Origin: a virus
DNA length: 64,000 nucleotides
IMG/VR virus record: IMGVR_UViG_3300032246_000761
Span: 5,099-69,098 of that record
Reading direction: 5' to 3' (one strand)
A model generated the notes under the pieces. That model was not told the DNA's origin, made no database searches, and was given only the letters and a program-made list of their open reading frames with translations. Below are positions 18,466 to 27,869 of this stretch, in pieces (position 1 is the stretch's first letter; every line of letters starts with the position of its first letter). The position numbers were made by a program, and so were the translations under genes.

Positions 18466-18471
18466 ATCACA

Positions 18472-18479
18472 TATAAATA
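18472..18479 (+). promoter_or_regulatory. T4-type late promoter
   Basis: TATAAATA about 30 nt upstream of gp48. Confidence 0.75.
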
Positions 18480-18510
18480 TTACTATTAATCATAAAGGTA
18501 TTTATCGAGT

Positions 18511-19710
18511 ATGGGTGTATCAGATATAATCAAAAAGAATTTAGGTAATCTTACAGGCGGTGGCGCATTAGGTGTAGCAGCTGGAATAGCAGGTAGTTTT
18601 ATGAGTGCTGCTACAAATTCAATACAGACAAATGCTGCCGCTGCTAAAATATTAGGAAAATCTCCATTAGAATTAAACGATAATAGTCCTACTTCTCATA
18701 TGAAACAAAATCCATATGAATATGGTACTGTTTATTATCCTCTTGATGTAGCAAATTTAGGTACAGGTCATTACATCTTATTTGATATTATTATAAATGA
18801 CAAAACAGTTTATCAAAATGCTACATATCAAAATAATAAAATTAGTCCAAATTTTGTTAATGGTAAATTAGGTAGATTAACAGCAGAAGATGGTGGCATA
18901 GGCAATTTAGGATGGGGGGCTGTAGCGGGGCAATCTGGTTTTGGAAAACAACGTATTAAAAACATTAAAAGTAATGGCATAACAGAAAGTAGAATCACCA
19001 ATGTATCATCAGGGTTACAAAGAAAAGGTGCCTTTGGTGTTGGACAATATACGCACAATCACGTTAGTGATACAATAGTTTTATATACGCCTCCGGGATT
19101 AAAAACTACTTACAATGTAACGCATGAAGGAACAGAAACAGGCTCAGTATTAGGTCAAGCAGCAGGACTTTTAGGATTAGATTTTGGTGCTGGAGTAGGT
19201 GGCTTAAAAGCATTAGCTATCGAAGCAGCTGCTATAGCAACATCATTAACACCAGGAGGTGGAGATTTAAAAGCATTATTACAAAAAACAGGTCCATTTA
19301 AAGGCACAGCACTTAATAATAATTTAGAAATGGCATTTAGAGGTGTACCTATGAGAGAATTTAATTACTCTTTTGAATTTACACCTAGAAATAAAAAAGA
19401 ATTAGAAAGTGCTCAAAAGATAATCAATCTATTTAAATTTCATATGCACCCAGAATTGAACTGGCAAAATCAATTTGTTACACCATCAGAATTTCAAATA
19501 ACTTATATGTACTTAGAAAATAGAAATTCATATATTCCTAAAATTAGCCGTTGTGTTTTAAAATCTATGGAGTTACAACATGGCGATGAAGGAGTATTCA
19601 GTACATTTGTTGCTGATGAATTAGGCGCTTCTCCTGTTTATACTAAAATGACATTAAGTTTTGCCGAAACAGAAATTATGACTAAACAGACAATTGCTGA
19701 AGGATTTTAA
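18511..19710 (+). CDS. gp48: Baseplate tail-tube cap gp48
   Basis: NNLEMAFRGVPMREFNYSFEFTPRNKKE, FKFHMHP and LSFAETEIMT motifs. Confidence 0.85.
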   Translation: MGVSDIIKKNLGNLTGGGALGVAAGIAGSFMSAATNSIQTNAAAAKILGKSPLELNDNSPTSHMKQNPYEYGTVYYPLDVANLGTGHYILFDIIINDKTVYQNATYQNNKISPNFVNGKLGRLTAEDGGIGNLGWGAVAGQSGFGKQRIKNIKSNGITESRITNVSSGLQRKGAFGVGQYTHNHVSDTIVLYTPPGLKTTYNVTHEGTETGSVLGQAAGLLGLDFGAGVGGLKALAIEAAAIATSLTPGGGDLKALLQKTGPFKGTALNNNLEMAFRGVPMREFNYSFEFTPRNKKELESAQKIINLFKFHMHPELNWQNQFVTPSEFQITYMYLENRNSYIPKISRCVLKSMELQHGDEGVFSTFVADELGASPVYTKMTLSFAETEIMTKQTIAEGF

Positions 19711-20243
19711 TGTACTTTTCATATTTTCCAAAAGGTCTATACGATTTAAAAGGCGACAATAATTATAAACTTGTTACCGATTTAATGAGACGTGTTAAAG
19801 TAAGATCAAAAATAATTAATGAATCAAGTTTATATGATCTATACGATATACCTGAAGGAGAAACTCCAGAAACAACATCATTTAAACATTTTGGTAGTAC
19901 AATGTATCATTGGGTTATTTTAATGACTAATAATATCACAGATAGATATTATGGTTGGCCATTAACGACATATGAATTTGAAAAATATTTAAATGACAAA
20001 TACGAAAATCCTGGTGGTATACATCATTACGAAATTGCACAATCAAGTGGTGCTACTACAAGTAATGGTCCAAGTGATTATGATTATTTAATTGAAGTTA
20101 ATAGTGATACACCTAATGCTGTACCAGTATCTAATACACAATACGAAGAAAGATTACAAGACCAAAAAAGACAAATAAAATTATTGAATGTAGCATATCT
20201 TCCCATTTTATTGGAAGAATTTCAAAATTTGATGGTGGAATAA
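19710..20243 (+). CDS. gp53: Baseplate wedge protein gp53
   Basis: MYFSYFP, LysM-like YDIPEGETPE, HWVILMTNNI...WPL, and KRQIKLL. Confidence 0.9.
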   Translation: MYFSYFPKGLYDLKGDNNYKLVTDLMRRVKVRSKIINESSLYDLYDIPEGETPETTSFKHFGSTMYHWVILMTNNITDRYYGWPLTTYEFEKYLNDKYENPGGIHHYEIAQSSGATTSNGPSDYDYLIEVNSDTPNAVPVSNTQYEERLQDQKRQIKLLNVAYLPILLEEFQNLMVE

Positions 20244-20246
20244 ATT

Positions 20247-21731
20247 ATGAGTACAATATATGACTCACTGGATACTACGGTATTAAAAAAAGCAGGTGAT
20301 TACGTTTTAAGTGAAATATCTTTAATATCTTATGTAAGCGGTGATAGAAGCAGCGAACCATCCAAAGTATCAATCCAATCACAAGTAGTTGATTTAAACA
20401 TTTATGAAAGTATATTCAATAAAACTTTATCAGGCAATATTGTAGTTGTTGATACGGAAAATGTTATTGGTAATTTGCCTTTGACAGGTAATGAAAGAAT
20501 AGAATTTAAATTATATACACCATCATCAGGCAGAGGTTATGATTTTACGATTAAATCAGGCCATCCAATGTACATTTATAAAATATCTAACAGAACTGAA
20601 ATATCACCTAGATCACAATTATACACATTGCATTTTTGTAGTAAAGAAATGTTAATAAATGAACAAAAATCTGTTTCTTACGCTTCATTAGATACTTACT
20701 CAAATATGGTTGCTGATATAGTAAGAGATTCTGATTTATTGTCAACAACAAAAAATGTTTACTATGAACCATCTATTGGGTTACGTAAACATGTTTTTAA
20801 TAATGTAAAACCATTTGATGCTATAGATCAATTATCTTTAGTTACTCAAAGTTTAAAGTTTGACAATGCTGGTTATTATTTTTATGAAACATCATCAGGT
20901 TTTAATTATAGATCATTAGAGAGTATGATGGCAGTAGAACAAAACACAGCAAGACCTGTTGTAGGTAGATTTTTACCAAAACCATATAATGTAAGACAAG
21001 GTGGTAATAAAGACATACTAAGTGAAATGCAAATTGTATCAGACTTTAGAGTTGTAAGTCAATTTGATACACTAAAAAATTTAAGAAACGGCGTCTATGG
21101 TAGTAAGTTAATTACACATGATCAATTAAACAAAACATACGAAGAAACTACTTTTGATTATCACATAGAATATGAAAAGAATTTTCATACTGAATATGGC
21201 AAAAATGGTTCTAAAACAGACAATCAAGGTATACTACCTTTTTATTTAATGGAAGGCAAAACATTATCCGATCATCCAGACGGCACAATTTATGTTTGGC
21301 CAAACACTTCAAATACACATTATACACCACAGAATAATCCAGTAGAAGCGGCAGCATATAAAGATATATTACAAAAGAGATTATCACAGCGATTGGCGTT
21401 TACTACATTGACAATTAATATAACAGTACCAGGTTATACTGGAATACAAGCAGGCGATCTAATTAACTTCGAGATGCCTTCATACGAACCAGCTAACAAA
21501 TCCAACCCATTGGATAGAGATCCTTACCTATCAGGACGATATTTAATAACTTCGATAAGACATAAACTCGACCGTAAGAAAAGCACACATTGGATGATTT
21601 TAGAGTGTATGAAAGATAGTGTTCATACTTCTTACCCAGAAGAAAATATAGACACATTTATTAATAAAGAAAGAGTAGAGGCAGGAGCAATAGATTTATA
21701 CGAATTAGATAAAATTGTATTTAACTCTTAA
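20247..21731 (+). CDS. Baseplate hub protein (gp27/late-control-D-like)
   Basis: IYESIF...SGNIVVVD, LPLTGNE, YYFYET, and TVPG...AGD...LSGRYLITSIRH; lies between gp53 and gp5. Confidence 0.65.
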   Translation: MSTIYDSLDTTVLKKAGDYVLSEISLISYVSGDRSSEPSKVSIQSQVVDLNIYESIFNKTLSGNIVVVDTENVIGNLPLTGNERIEFKLYTPSSGRGYDFTIKSGHPMYIYKISNRTEISPRSQLYTLHFCSKEMLINEQKSVSYASLDTYSNMVADIVRDSDLLSTTKNVYYEPSIGLRKHVFNNVKPFDAIDQLSLVTQSLKFDNAGYYFYETSSGFNYRSLESMMAVEQNTARPVVGRFLPKPYNVRQGGNKDILSEMQIVSDFRVVSQFDTLKNLRNGVYGSKLITHDQLNKTYEETTFDYHIEYEKNFHTEYGKNGSKTDNQGILPFYLMEGKTLSDHPDGTIYVWPNTSNTHYTPQNNPVEAAAYKDILQKRLSQRLAFTTLTINITVPGYTGIQAGDLINFEMPSYEPANKSNPLDRDPYLSGRYLITSIRHKLDRKKSTHWMILECMKDSVHTSYPEENIDTFINKERVEAGAIDLYELDKIVFNS

Positions 21732-22166
21732 CTTATGAGAATTGCTCAGAGTCCGATCGCTCCGAGACCGAAATTTTTTAGAGCTATGTAGATATTACTA
21801 TATTGGCTGGCCACCTTACAATATAAGAGAGGATGGCCCACTAAATATTAGAGATTAACTATGAAACAAGTGAATATATAATACAAATGAATATAGATAT
21901 CATAAGACTATGTAAGATATAATCTCCGATAGGTTATGTAAGATCATATTCCAATGGTATCAAAGGAGGCCAACGAGATGGTACAGAGTTTAATATATCT
22001 AAGAGATAAAGTCATGCTAGCGCATGCCTGGTTCATAGATAATATAGAATTGGCAAGTGTTTTAGTATTTACAGCGGTGGCCAGATGGCCTGCGTAGAAC
22101 TGGAGAAATGGTTAAATATGACGTATGTTGAAGTGTTATTATCAGGCGAGCTAACGAGAAAATTTT

Positions 22167-23150
22167 ATGTATAACGAAAACTTTATGGGTCTATCCGGCT
22201 TCGTCTGGTTCGTGGGCGTTGTAGAAGATCGTCAAGATCCACTCAAAGCAGGCCGTGTTCGAGTAAGAGCATTGGGTCATCATACAGATCATTTAGATTT
22301 ATTACCTACGGCCGATTTACCTTGGGCCAATGTTATGTTACCTATAACGGCCAGCGGTGTATCTGGGATTGGCCAGTCGGCGACCGGACTACTCGAAGGA
22401 AGTTGGGTGTTAGGATATTTTAGAGATGGTGATAGAAGGCAAGAACCGGTTATATTAGGTAGTTTACCAGGAAGGCCTACTCAAGCAGCAAATAACCCAC
22501 AGGGCTCAAATAAAGGATTTTCTGATCCAAACGGGGTTTACCCAAAATATATAAATGAACCAGATGTTAATCGTCTGGCCGTTAACAATGGTGAGAAACC
22601 ACATCCAAGTCTGGCCACAGATGCGGATACAAGGGTTACAGGAATACAGGCCTATAACTCGGAATGGGATCAGCCGGCCAGTACCTACGGAGCAATCTAT
22701 CCATACAATCAAGTATACGAAAGCGAATCAGGTCATATCGTAGAGTTTGATGATACGCCAGATGCGGAAAGAATCCACATCCGCCATAGATCCGGTACTC
22801 GCCTTGAAATCACGGCCAATGGCGACCAACTGGCCATTACCAAAGGCGACAACTATATAATCATAGATGGTAACAATAAGGTCTATATCAAAGGCAACTC
22901 CGATATCACTGTACAAGGCAATGCTAATGTAAAGGCCGGAGGGGAGGCCAATGTTCTGGCCAATACCATCAACGCAACGGCCAATACCAATATCAATATG
23001 ACGGCCTCTAATGTCAATGTAACAGGCAACGTATTAATTAATGGAACGTTGGACGTGATGCAAAACGTTAGCTTAGAGGCCGATCTATTAGTACAAGGCG
23101 ACACATCACTAGAAGGCGAGAATACAATACACGGTTACGATAAACCATAG
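22167..23150 (+). CDS. gp5: Baseplate central spike gp5 (OB fold plus beta helix, no lysozyme domain)
   Basis: WFVGVVEDRQDPLKAGRVRVR, LPWA, YPYNQVYESESGHIVEFDDTP and C-terminal V-x-G-N repeats. Confidence 0.92.
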   Translation: MYNENFMGLSGFVWFVGVVEDRQDPLKAGRVRVRALGHHTDHLDLLPTADLPWANVMLPITASGVSGIGQSATGLLEGSWVLGYFRDGDRRQEPVILGSLPGRPTQAANNPQGSNKGFSDPNGVYPKYINEPDVNRLAVNNGEKPHPSLATDADTRVTGIQAYNSEWDQPASTYGAIYPYNQVYESESGHIVEFDDTPDAERIHIRHRSGTRLEITANGDQLAITKGDNYIIIDGNNKVYIKGNSDITVQGNANVKAGGEANVLANTINATANTNINMTASNVNVTGNVLINGTLDVMQNVSLEADLLVQGDTSLEGENTIHGYDKP

Positions 23151-23333
23151 AGACGGCCAGACAGTAGCTGGAGCAAAAAGTTAATCTATAAAGTGATGTA
23201 ATGGTGTATCACAACTAAGACAGGCCGTTATTCTAAAGCAGGCCCTTATGATATTCCAATAGGAAACCTCGGAAGCTCCAGAACCAGTTAAAAGATTGAT
23301 AGTATCTTTAGCGTAAAAAAATTCCCTGGTATA

Positions 23334-23362
23334 TTGACATTGTTCCAGGTTTGATGTATAAT
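23334..23362 (+). promoter_or_regulatory. sigma70 consensus promoter
   Basis: TTGACA-N17-TATAAT. Confidence 0.75.
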
Positions 23363-23369
23363 GGTGGTT

Positions 23370-23585
23370 ATGAAATATCTTATTATACTCTTGTTATTCT
23401 GTTTCAATGTTATGGCAGGAACATCTACTGGTACATTAACGGCCACTGCTACGGTATCTCCTAAAATAGTACCTACTCATATTACAGTATCTAATGGTAC
23501 TATCATTACAAAGTATCTTCCTATTGGCACTAAGGTTACTACAGTGATCAACGGCAATACAACAACTATTACTTTCATCTACTAA
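23370..23585 (+). CDS. Small secreted Thr-rich beta protein
   Basis: MKYLIILLLFCFNVMA signal, then GTSTGTLTATATV. Confidence 0.55.
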   Translation: MKYLIILLLFCFNVMAGTSTGTLTATATVSPKIVPTHITVSNGTIITKYLPIGTKVTTVINGNTTTITFIY

Positions 23586-23593
23586 ATATTGGC

Positions 23594-23926
23594 ATGGCCG
23601 ATATTATTACTTTAACAGATAAAGCAAAAGCACATCTAATTAAACAGATGGCCATTCATAGAAAGAGTCATGTCTTTTTACAGGCCAAAGGTGGTGGTTG
23701 TGCGGGGTTTAAATATGACTGGTCTTTTCCTGAAGAGGCTGATTTAGATAAACAAGACACCTATATTCAATTAGATGAAAATTATCAATTAGTAATAGAT
23801 CGTTATAGTGCGTTTAAATTAATAGGTATGAATATTGATTACATTGAAAGTATATCAGGTTCTACTTTAGAGATCAGTAATCCAAACGCTACATCTACAT
23901 GCGGATGTGGTGAATCATTTAATTAG
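23594..23926 (+). CDS. iscA: A-type Fe-S cluster carrier (HesB/IscA/SufA family)
   Basis: ITLTDKA, GGGCAGFKY and NPNATSTCGCGESF motifs. Confidence 0.93.
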   Translation: MADIITLTDKAKAHLIKQMAIHRKSHVFLQAKGGGCAGFKYDWSFPEEADLDKQDTYIQLDENYQLVIDRYSAFKLIGMNIDYIESISGSTLEISNPNATSTCGCGESFN

Positions 23927-23928
23927 TA

Positions 23929-24156
23929 ATGAAAGATAAATTGAAAAATCGTATTATTAGATGTTCAATTTATGTATTAATATTTTTTATAATTACTTCT
24001 GTATTATTAGGTTGTTCTAATGTACGAATGGCCTGCACTATGAATGAAAGTAAATATATAGATAAAAAAGACGCTAAAGAAAACACACCTACAATCTCTG
24101 ATAAAGCAAAAGACTGTGTTAATAATCCAACTGTAATTGTATTTAAAGAATTTTAA
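23929..24156 (+). CDS. Putative lipoprotein
   Basis: Hydrophobic helix ending in a lipobox-like LLGC. Confidence 0.55.
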   Translation: MKDKLKNRIIRCSIYVLIFFIITSVLLGCSNVRMACTMNESKYIDKKDAKENTPTISDKAKDCVNNPTVIVFKEF

Positions 24157-24722
24157 GGATTGTTTGGCGACTTAGGTACATCAAATATAAAAGCAATACG
24201 TTCTGCTGGCCCTATATTTTCTGCCATGTGATTCTTCTTATTATCAAACCAAAAGAATACTCCTGGTTCTACTGTAATAATTTCTTTAGTTGAATCGTCA
24301 TCGCCATCGTCCCAAACTGTATAACGATATAGACCTTTAATAGATAAATGATAACGATCTTTAGTTAGGTAATAATTGCCTTGATCAATATGTTTGCCTG
24401 TAATTTTACCTGCTGGTGTATTTAAAAAAGCACAACGGCCTACTTTTAATGATTTAGATGCCAACCACTGTTGAATGGCGATATGTCTTGTTGTTGCTTC
24501 TGTTGGTACACAGATTTCTGTATCACCTATAAATTCTTCTGGTTTAGAAATACCACCCATTACTAATTGTAGTACATCTGCTGTTACAAGTTTACTATGA
24601 GGGTCTTGACGATCAACACCTTTTAAACGGCTAGCATTACCCCAATCTTGAGGATATTGTTCCAACTGTTCACGTATTTTAGATACGTCTATATTCTTTT
24701 CAATAATACGAATGTTTTTCAT
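24153..24722 (-). CDS. Aspartyl/asparaginyl beta-hydroxylase-family 2OG-Fe(II) oxygenase
   Basis: KHIDQGNYY...RYHLSI, WFDNKKNHMAEN and RIAFIFD motifs. Confidence 0.85.
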   Translation of the reverse strand: MKNIRIIEKNIDVSKIREQLEQYPQDWGNASRLKGVDRQDPHSKLVTADVLQLVMGGISKPEEFIGDTEICVPTEATTRHIAIQQWLASKSLKVGRCAFLNTPAGKITGKHIDQGNYYLTKDRYHLSIKGLYRYTVWDDGDDDSTKEIITVEPGVFFWFDNKKNHMAENIGPAERIAFIFDVPKSPNNP

Positions 24723-24851
24723 TTACGTAATATATCTGTTATCATTATTATCCAAAGTACCACAACTACAACCATACCTGAAACAAATGCTGATAAAATT
24801 ATTAATGATATTAAGTTCATTACTCCATAATATACTTATTCGTTCAAATTG

Positions 24852-25388
24852 TCAAGCTGTTCTATCTAATGATGGTACGTTATAATCAAAGGTCATTACA
24901 CGTCTATTTACATTATCCGTGTTAATATTACCTTTATGTTTAAAAGCATCACTCACATTTAACATAAACAAATCACCTTTTTTAGGAAATAGATTAAATT
25001 CTTCTGCTGTAGTTCTAATATCAAACCCGTTATTATGTTCTTTAGTATCATCTAAGTATAAATTAAATACTAAAGATATGTTTAAAGATGCCCAAGTATC
25101 TCTATCATCATGCCATTTGCGAGCTTTAGCATGACAACCATTTACGGCCAATTTACGTAGATTTGTAAAATTGGAACCAAAGAAACTTACATATTTTTGT
25201 TCTATTAATAACCGAAATTCATCTATTATAGTAATTAGTCTTTCATCATTAATATAAACATAATCATCTGGTTGATTGCCAACCTTAATAAAGTTATAAT
25301 TGTCGTAATTATATTTAAATGCTTCTTTAAATGGTAGTATAATATAACCATTAATATAAAAATTATTTAAATTTTCAGTAGTCAACAT
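24852..25388 (-). CDS. 2OG-Fe(II) oxygenase
   Basis: WHDD...YLDD...FKHKG...RRV facial-triad pattern. Confidence 0.75.
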   Translation of the reverse strand: MLTTENLNNFYINGYIILPFKEAFKYNYDNYNFIKVGNQPDDYVYINDERLITIIDEFRLLIEQKYVSFFGSNFTNLRKLAVNGCHAKARKWHDDRDTWASLNISLVFNLYLDDTKEHNNGFDIRTTAEEFNLFPKKGDLFMLNVSDAFKHKGNINTDNVNRRVMTFDYNVPSLDRTA

Positions 25389-25395
25389 GTATTAT

Positions 25396-25407
25396 TATTT
25401 ATAAATA
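25396..25407. promoter_or_regulatory. Palindromic back-to-back late promoters
   Basis: TATTTATAAATA reads TATAAATA on both strands, between divergent genes. Confidence 0.7.
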
Positions 25408-25433
25408 GTATTACCAACAACTAAGGAGTGTGT

Positions 25434-25607
25434 ATGGTAAAAAAGAAAACTAAAACTCCTGAAGATATCATTGAATCTATAAAAGAAAAACAATCTGAAA
25501 TTGACGATTTATTGTGGGACTTAGAGGACACTATAAATGTTTCTTCTGATTCGAACATTTCCGACTTTGACGAGGACGAGGAAATAGACGAGACAGACGA
25601 AGAATAA
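25434..25607 (+). CDS. Small very acidic protein (57 aa, not in ORF track)
   Basis: AAGGAG RBS; MVKKKTKTPEDIIESIKEKQSEIDDLLWDLEDTINVSSDSNISDFDEDEEIDETDEE*. Confidence 0.7.
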   Translation: MVKKKTKTPEDIIESIKEKQSEIDDLLWDLEDTINVSSDSNISDFDEDEEIDETDEE

Positions 25608-25621
25608 TAATCTATATTTCA

Positions 25622-25647
25622 GGTGCCTAGGTAACTAGGCACCCTTT
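25622..25647 (+). terminator. GC-rich hairpin, probable terminator
   Basis: GGTGCCTAG-GTAA-CTAGGCACC followed by CTTT. Confidence 0.6.
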
Positions 25648-25665
25648 GACACAACAAGGGGGTAA

Positions 25666-25836
25666 ATGGATAACAGATATGCTGGCCTAATTATCTTAGG
25701 TGTTATATTTTCATTTCTAGCGTGGTTGTATCTTTCAATCTATTGTCAATCAAAACGTTATATTAAAAAAATTAAACGATTAAACAAATTAAAGATACTA
25801 ACACAAAGAATTAGGAGAAAAAATGTTCGGTATTAA
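25666..25836 (+). CDS. Small TM protein with a basic tail (56 aa, not in ORF track)
   Basis: AAGGGGG RBS; MDNRYAGLIILGVIFSFLAWLYLSIYCQSKRYIKK... Confidence 0.45.
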   Translation: MDNRYAGLIILGVIFSFLAWLYLSIYCQSKRYIKKIKRLNKLKILTQRIRRKNVRY

Positions 25837-26068
25837 GAAAAGAAAACCAAATTTAAAAACATTAAAGAAAAAAGCACCAAAGATACCAGACTTCACTTGT
25901 CCTCATATAGATGCAATTGTAGATTCTATTGAAAAATTAGATGTATTGAAAAGAGGTCAGTTGTATAAGTTTAAACGTGGTATGGAAAAACTTCGTAACT
26001 CCAACGATAAACTAAGAGATAGTGGAATTTATTGGTATGGTGCAACTAAAGATTTACTGGACAAATAA
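25823..26068 (+). CDS. Hypothetical protein
   Basis: AGGAG RBS; APKIPDFTCPHID...LRDSGIYWY. Confidence 0.65.
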   Translation: MFGIKKRKPNLKTLKKKAPKIPDFTCPHIDAIVDSIEKLDVLKRGQLYKFKRGMEKLRNSNDKLRDSGIYWYGATKDLLDK

Positions 26069-26129
26069 ATAGAAATATTAGATATTATTATTGTTGTTTG
26101 GTTTACTATTATGATTTGTTATGTGTTAA

Positions 26130-27869
26130 TTAAAAATTTTGTCTAAATCCTATTAGAAAATTTCTACCTAATTGAGAATACCCATCAGGTCTTTGATAAA
26201 TTTTATCAGTAATGTTATTTAATTTACCATAAAGAATTGTATTACCTAATGTATAATCAGCTCCTAAATCAAAAGTACTAACTGCTGGCATATTTTTATT
26301 ATCAAAAGTAACGCTATCAACATCTATATGAGAACCATAGTAATTCCAATTTGCCTTTAAAGATGTATTTTTAATTTTGTTATAAGATGTTTCTAAATTG
26401 TTTACCCATTTAGGACGTCTTACCAATTCATTACCATTACTATCTTCAGCAATTAGAAATGTATTTGAGTTTTTAAAGTCTATATCTGATATACTATAAT
26501 TCAATTTAGTTTCAATACCTTTTCTTATACTTGTTCCAGTATCGTTTACATAGGTATTATTTTTATAAACAAATAAATGTTTTATATCACTTTGAAATAA
26601 TGCGATATCTATAATCTTATTTTTATAACCTACTTCATATGTAACGCTTTCTTCAGGTATTAATTTTGAATTACCTAAGAATCCATAATTGTCTTTACCA
26701 TACATTTCATATAACGTAGGCATCTTATAACCCGTTGATACACTAGTTCTAAATCCATTGTAGTAAGCACCAACTCTTTCAGTTAATTGATTATCAAAAT
26801 TACTAGGCATATCATAACGGCCTCCGGCTGTTACAAAAAAATCTTCTGATAAAAATTTAGTTGCATTAGTATAATAAGCATGATCTTCTCTTTTCTTATC
26901 CACAGAAGAAAAATAATCATCTATGTTAGTATTAAATTTACCATGAGTAAATGTGTGTTCTGAACCAAGACTAATATCCGCAAACGTATGAATAGTTGTT
27001 TTAGTTAATAATGTTTTATTGTTACTATCGTAAGTATCTTTTACTCCATTTTTATTATAATCTCTATTATGATCGGTATTATTAATTGTTAACTCATTAT
27101 CTTTATTTTGTAATGATAGATATTGATTTGAAAATTCGTATAGTCCATTATAGTTGCGAGTATCTTCTCCTATACCATCTAAATTAGTATGATTGGTTTG
27201 ATTTATAAAATTTGATTTTAAATTATAACCACTATCTAATAATGATTGAGTTTGAAACATATAGTTTCTAAAATGATAAGGATCTTTTTCAGAACCATTA
27301 GGATAGACACTTATATTTTTACTACTTTCATTTTCGCCTTGAAAGTCTATTATAGTTTTACCTATTGTTTGTCCTAATTTAATTTTTTCATTCCATGTAT
27401 TATTAGAACCATAAGATAGATCAATCCAATTCTTATCATTAGGTTGAGTTACCATATTTACAACCCCACCAATTGCATCTGGTCCATAAACACTACTCAT
27501 AGGACCTTTTATAATTTCTAATGATTGAACACCTGAAAAACTATGTTGGGTTAAATCATCGCTTCCTGTTGGTGTACTGGCATCTTTAATAGGAATACCA
27601 TTTAAAGTAAATAATGTATGATTTGAATTTGTACCACGAGTAAAGGTACTACTGAATTGTTGTTTAGGTCCGCTTTGAATTATATTTAAACTAGATAATG
27701 ACTTTATATTGTTTGGTTCTATAACGTCATAAGAATACGTTAATGGTAGATGTTCCTCTGCCGTTCTAAATGCTTGTATTGTAATTTGTGGAATATTTTC
27801 GTAAGAATATTGTGAATACGAAGTATTGGTTACAAATATGAATAATAATAATTTAATGAATAACCGCAT
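26130..27869 (-). CDS. TonB-dependent outer-membrane receptor (BtuB-like)
   Basis: Signal peptide; plug motifs TRGTNSNHTLFTLNGIPI and LEIIKGPMSSVYGPDAIGGVVN; barrel motifs TGYKMPTLYEMY, GNSKLIPEES and NNITDKIY...GY...GR; terminal Phe. Confidence 0.92.
   Translation of the reverse strand: MRLFIKLLLFIFVTNTSYSQYSYENIPQITIQAFRTAEEHLPLTYSYDVIEPNNIKSLSSLNIIQSGPKQQFSSTFTRGTNSNHTLFTLNGIPIKDASTPTGSDDLTQHSFSGVQSLEIIKGPMSSVYGPDAIGGVVNMVTQPNDKNWIDLSYGSNNTWNEKIKLGQTIGKTIIDFQGENESSKNISVYPNGSEKDPYHFRNYMFQTQSLLDSGYNLKSNFINQTNHTNLDGIGEDTRNYNGLYEFSNQYLSLQNKDNELTINNTDHNRDYNKNGVKDTYDSNNKTLLTKTTIHTFADISLGSEHTFTHGKFNTNIDDYFSSVDKKREDHAYYTNATKFLSEDFFVTAGGRYDMPSNFDNQLTERVGAYYNGFRTSVSTGYKMPTLYEMYGKDNYGFLGNSKLIPEESVTYEVGYKNKIIDIALFQSDIKHLFVYKNNTYVNDTGTSIRKGIETKLNYSISDIDFKNSNTFLIAEDSNGNELVRRPKWVNNLETSYNKIKNTSLKANWNYYGSHIDVDSVTFDNKNMPAVSTFDLGADYTLGNTILYGKLNNITDKIYQRPDGYSQLGRNFLIGFRQNF

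Larger units (their letters stand above)
21809..23686. other. GGCC-dense compositional island covering gp5 and its flanks
   Basis: About 30 GGCC sites counted by hand in 1.9 kb; raised GC and few A-tracts. Confidence 0.8.

Noticed and set aside
22167-23330. Lysozyme domain in gp5, or a downstream PAAR gene
   Set aside because: No GH24 motif in the 327-aa gp5 and no PAAR ORF in the following gap.
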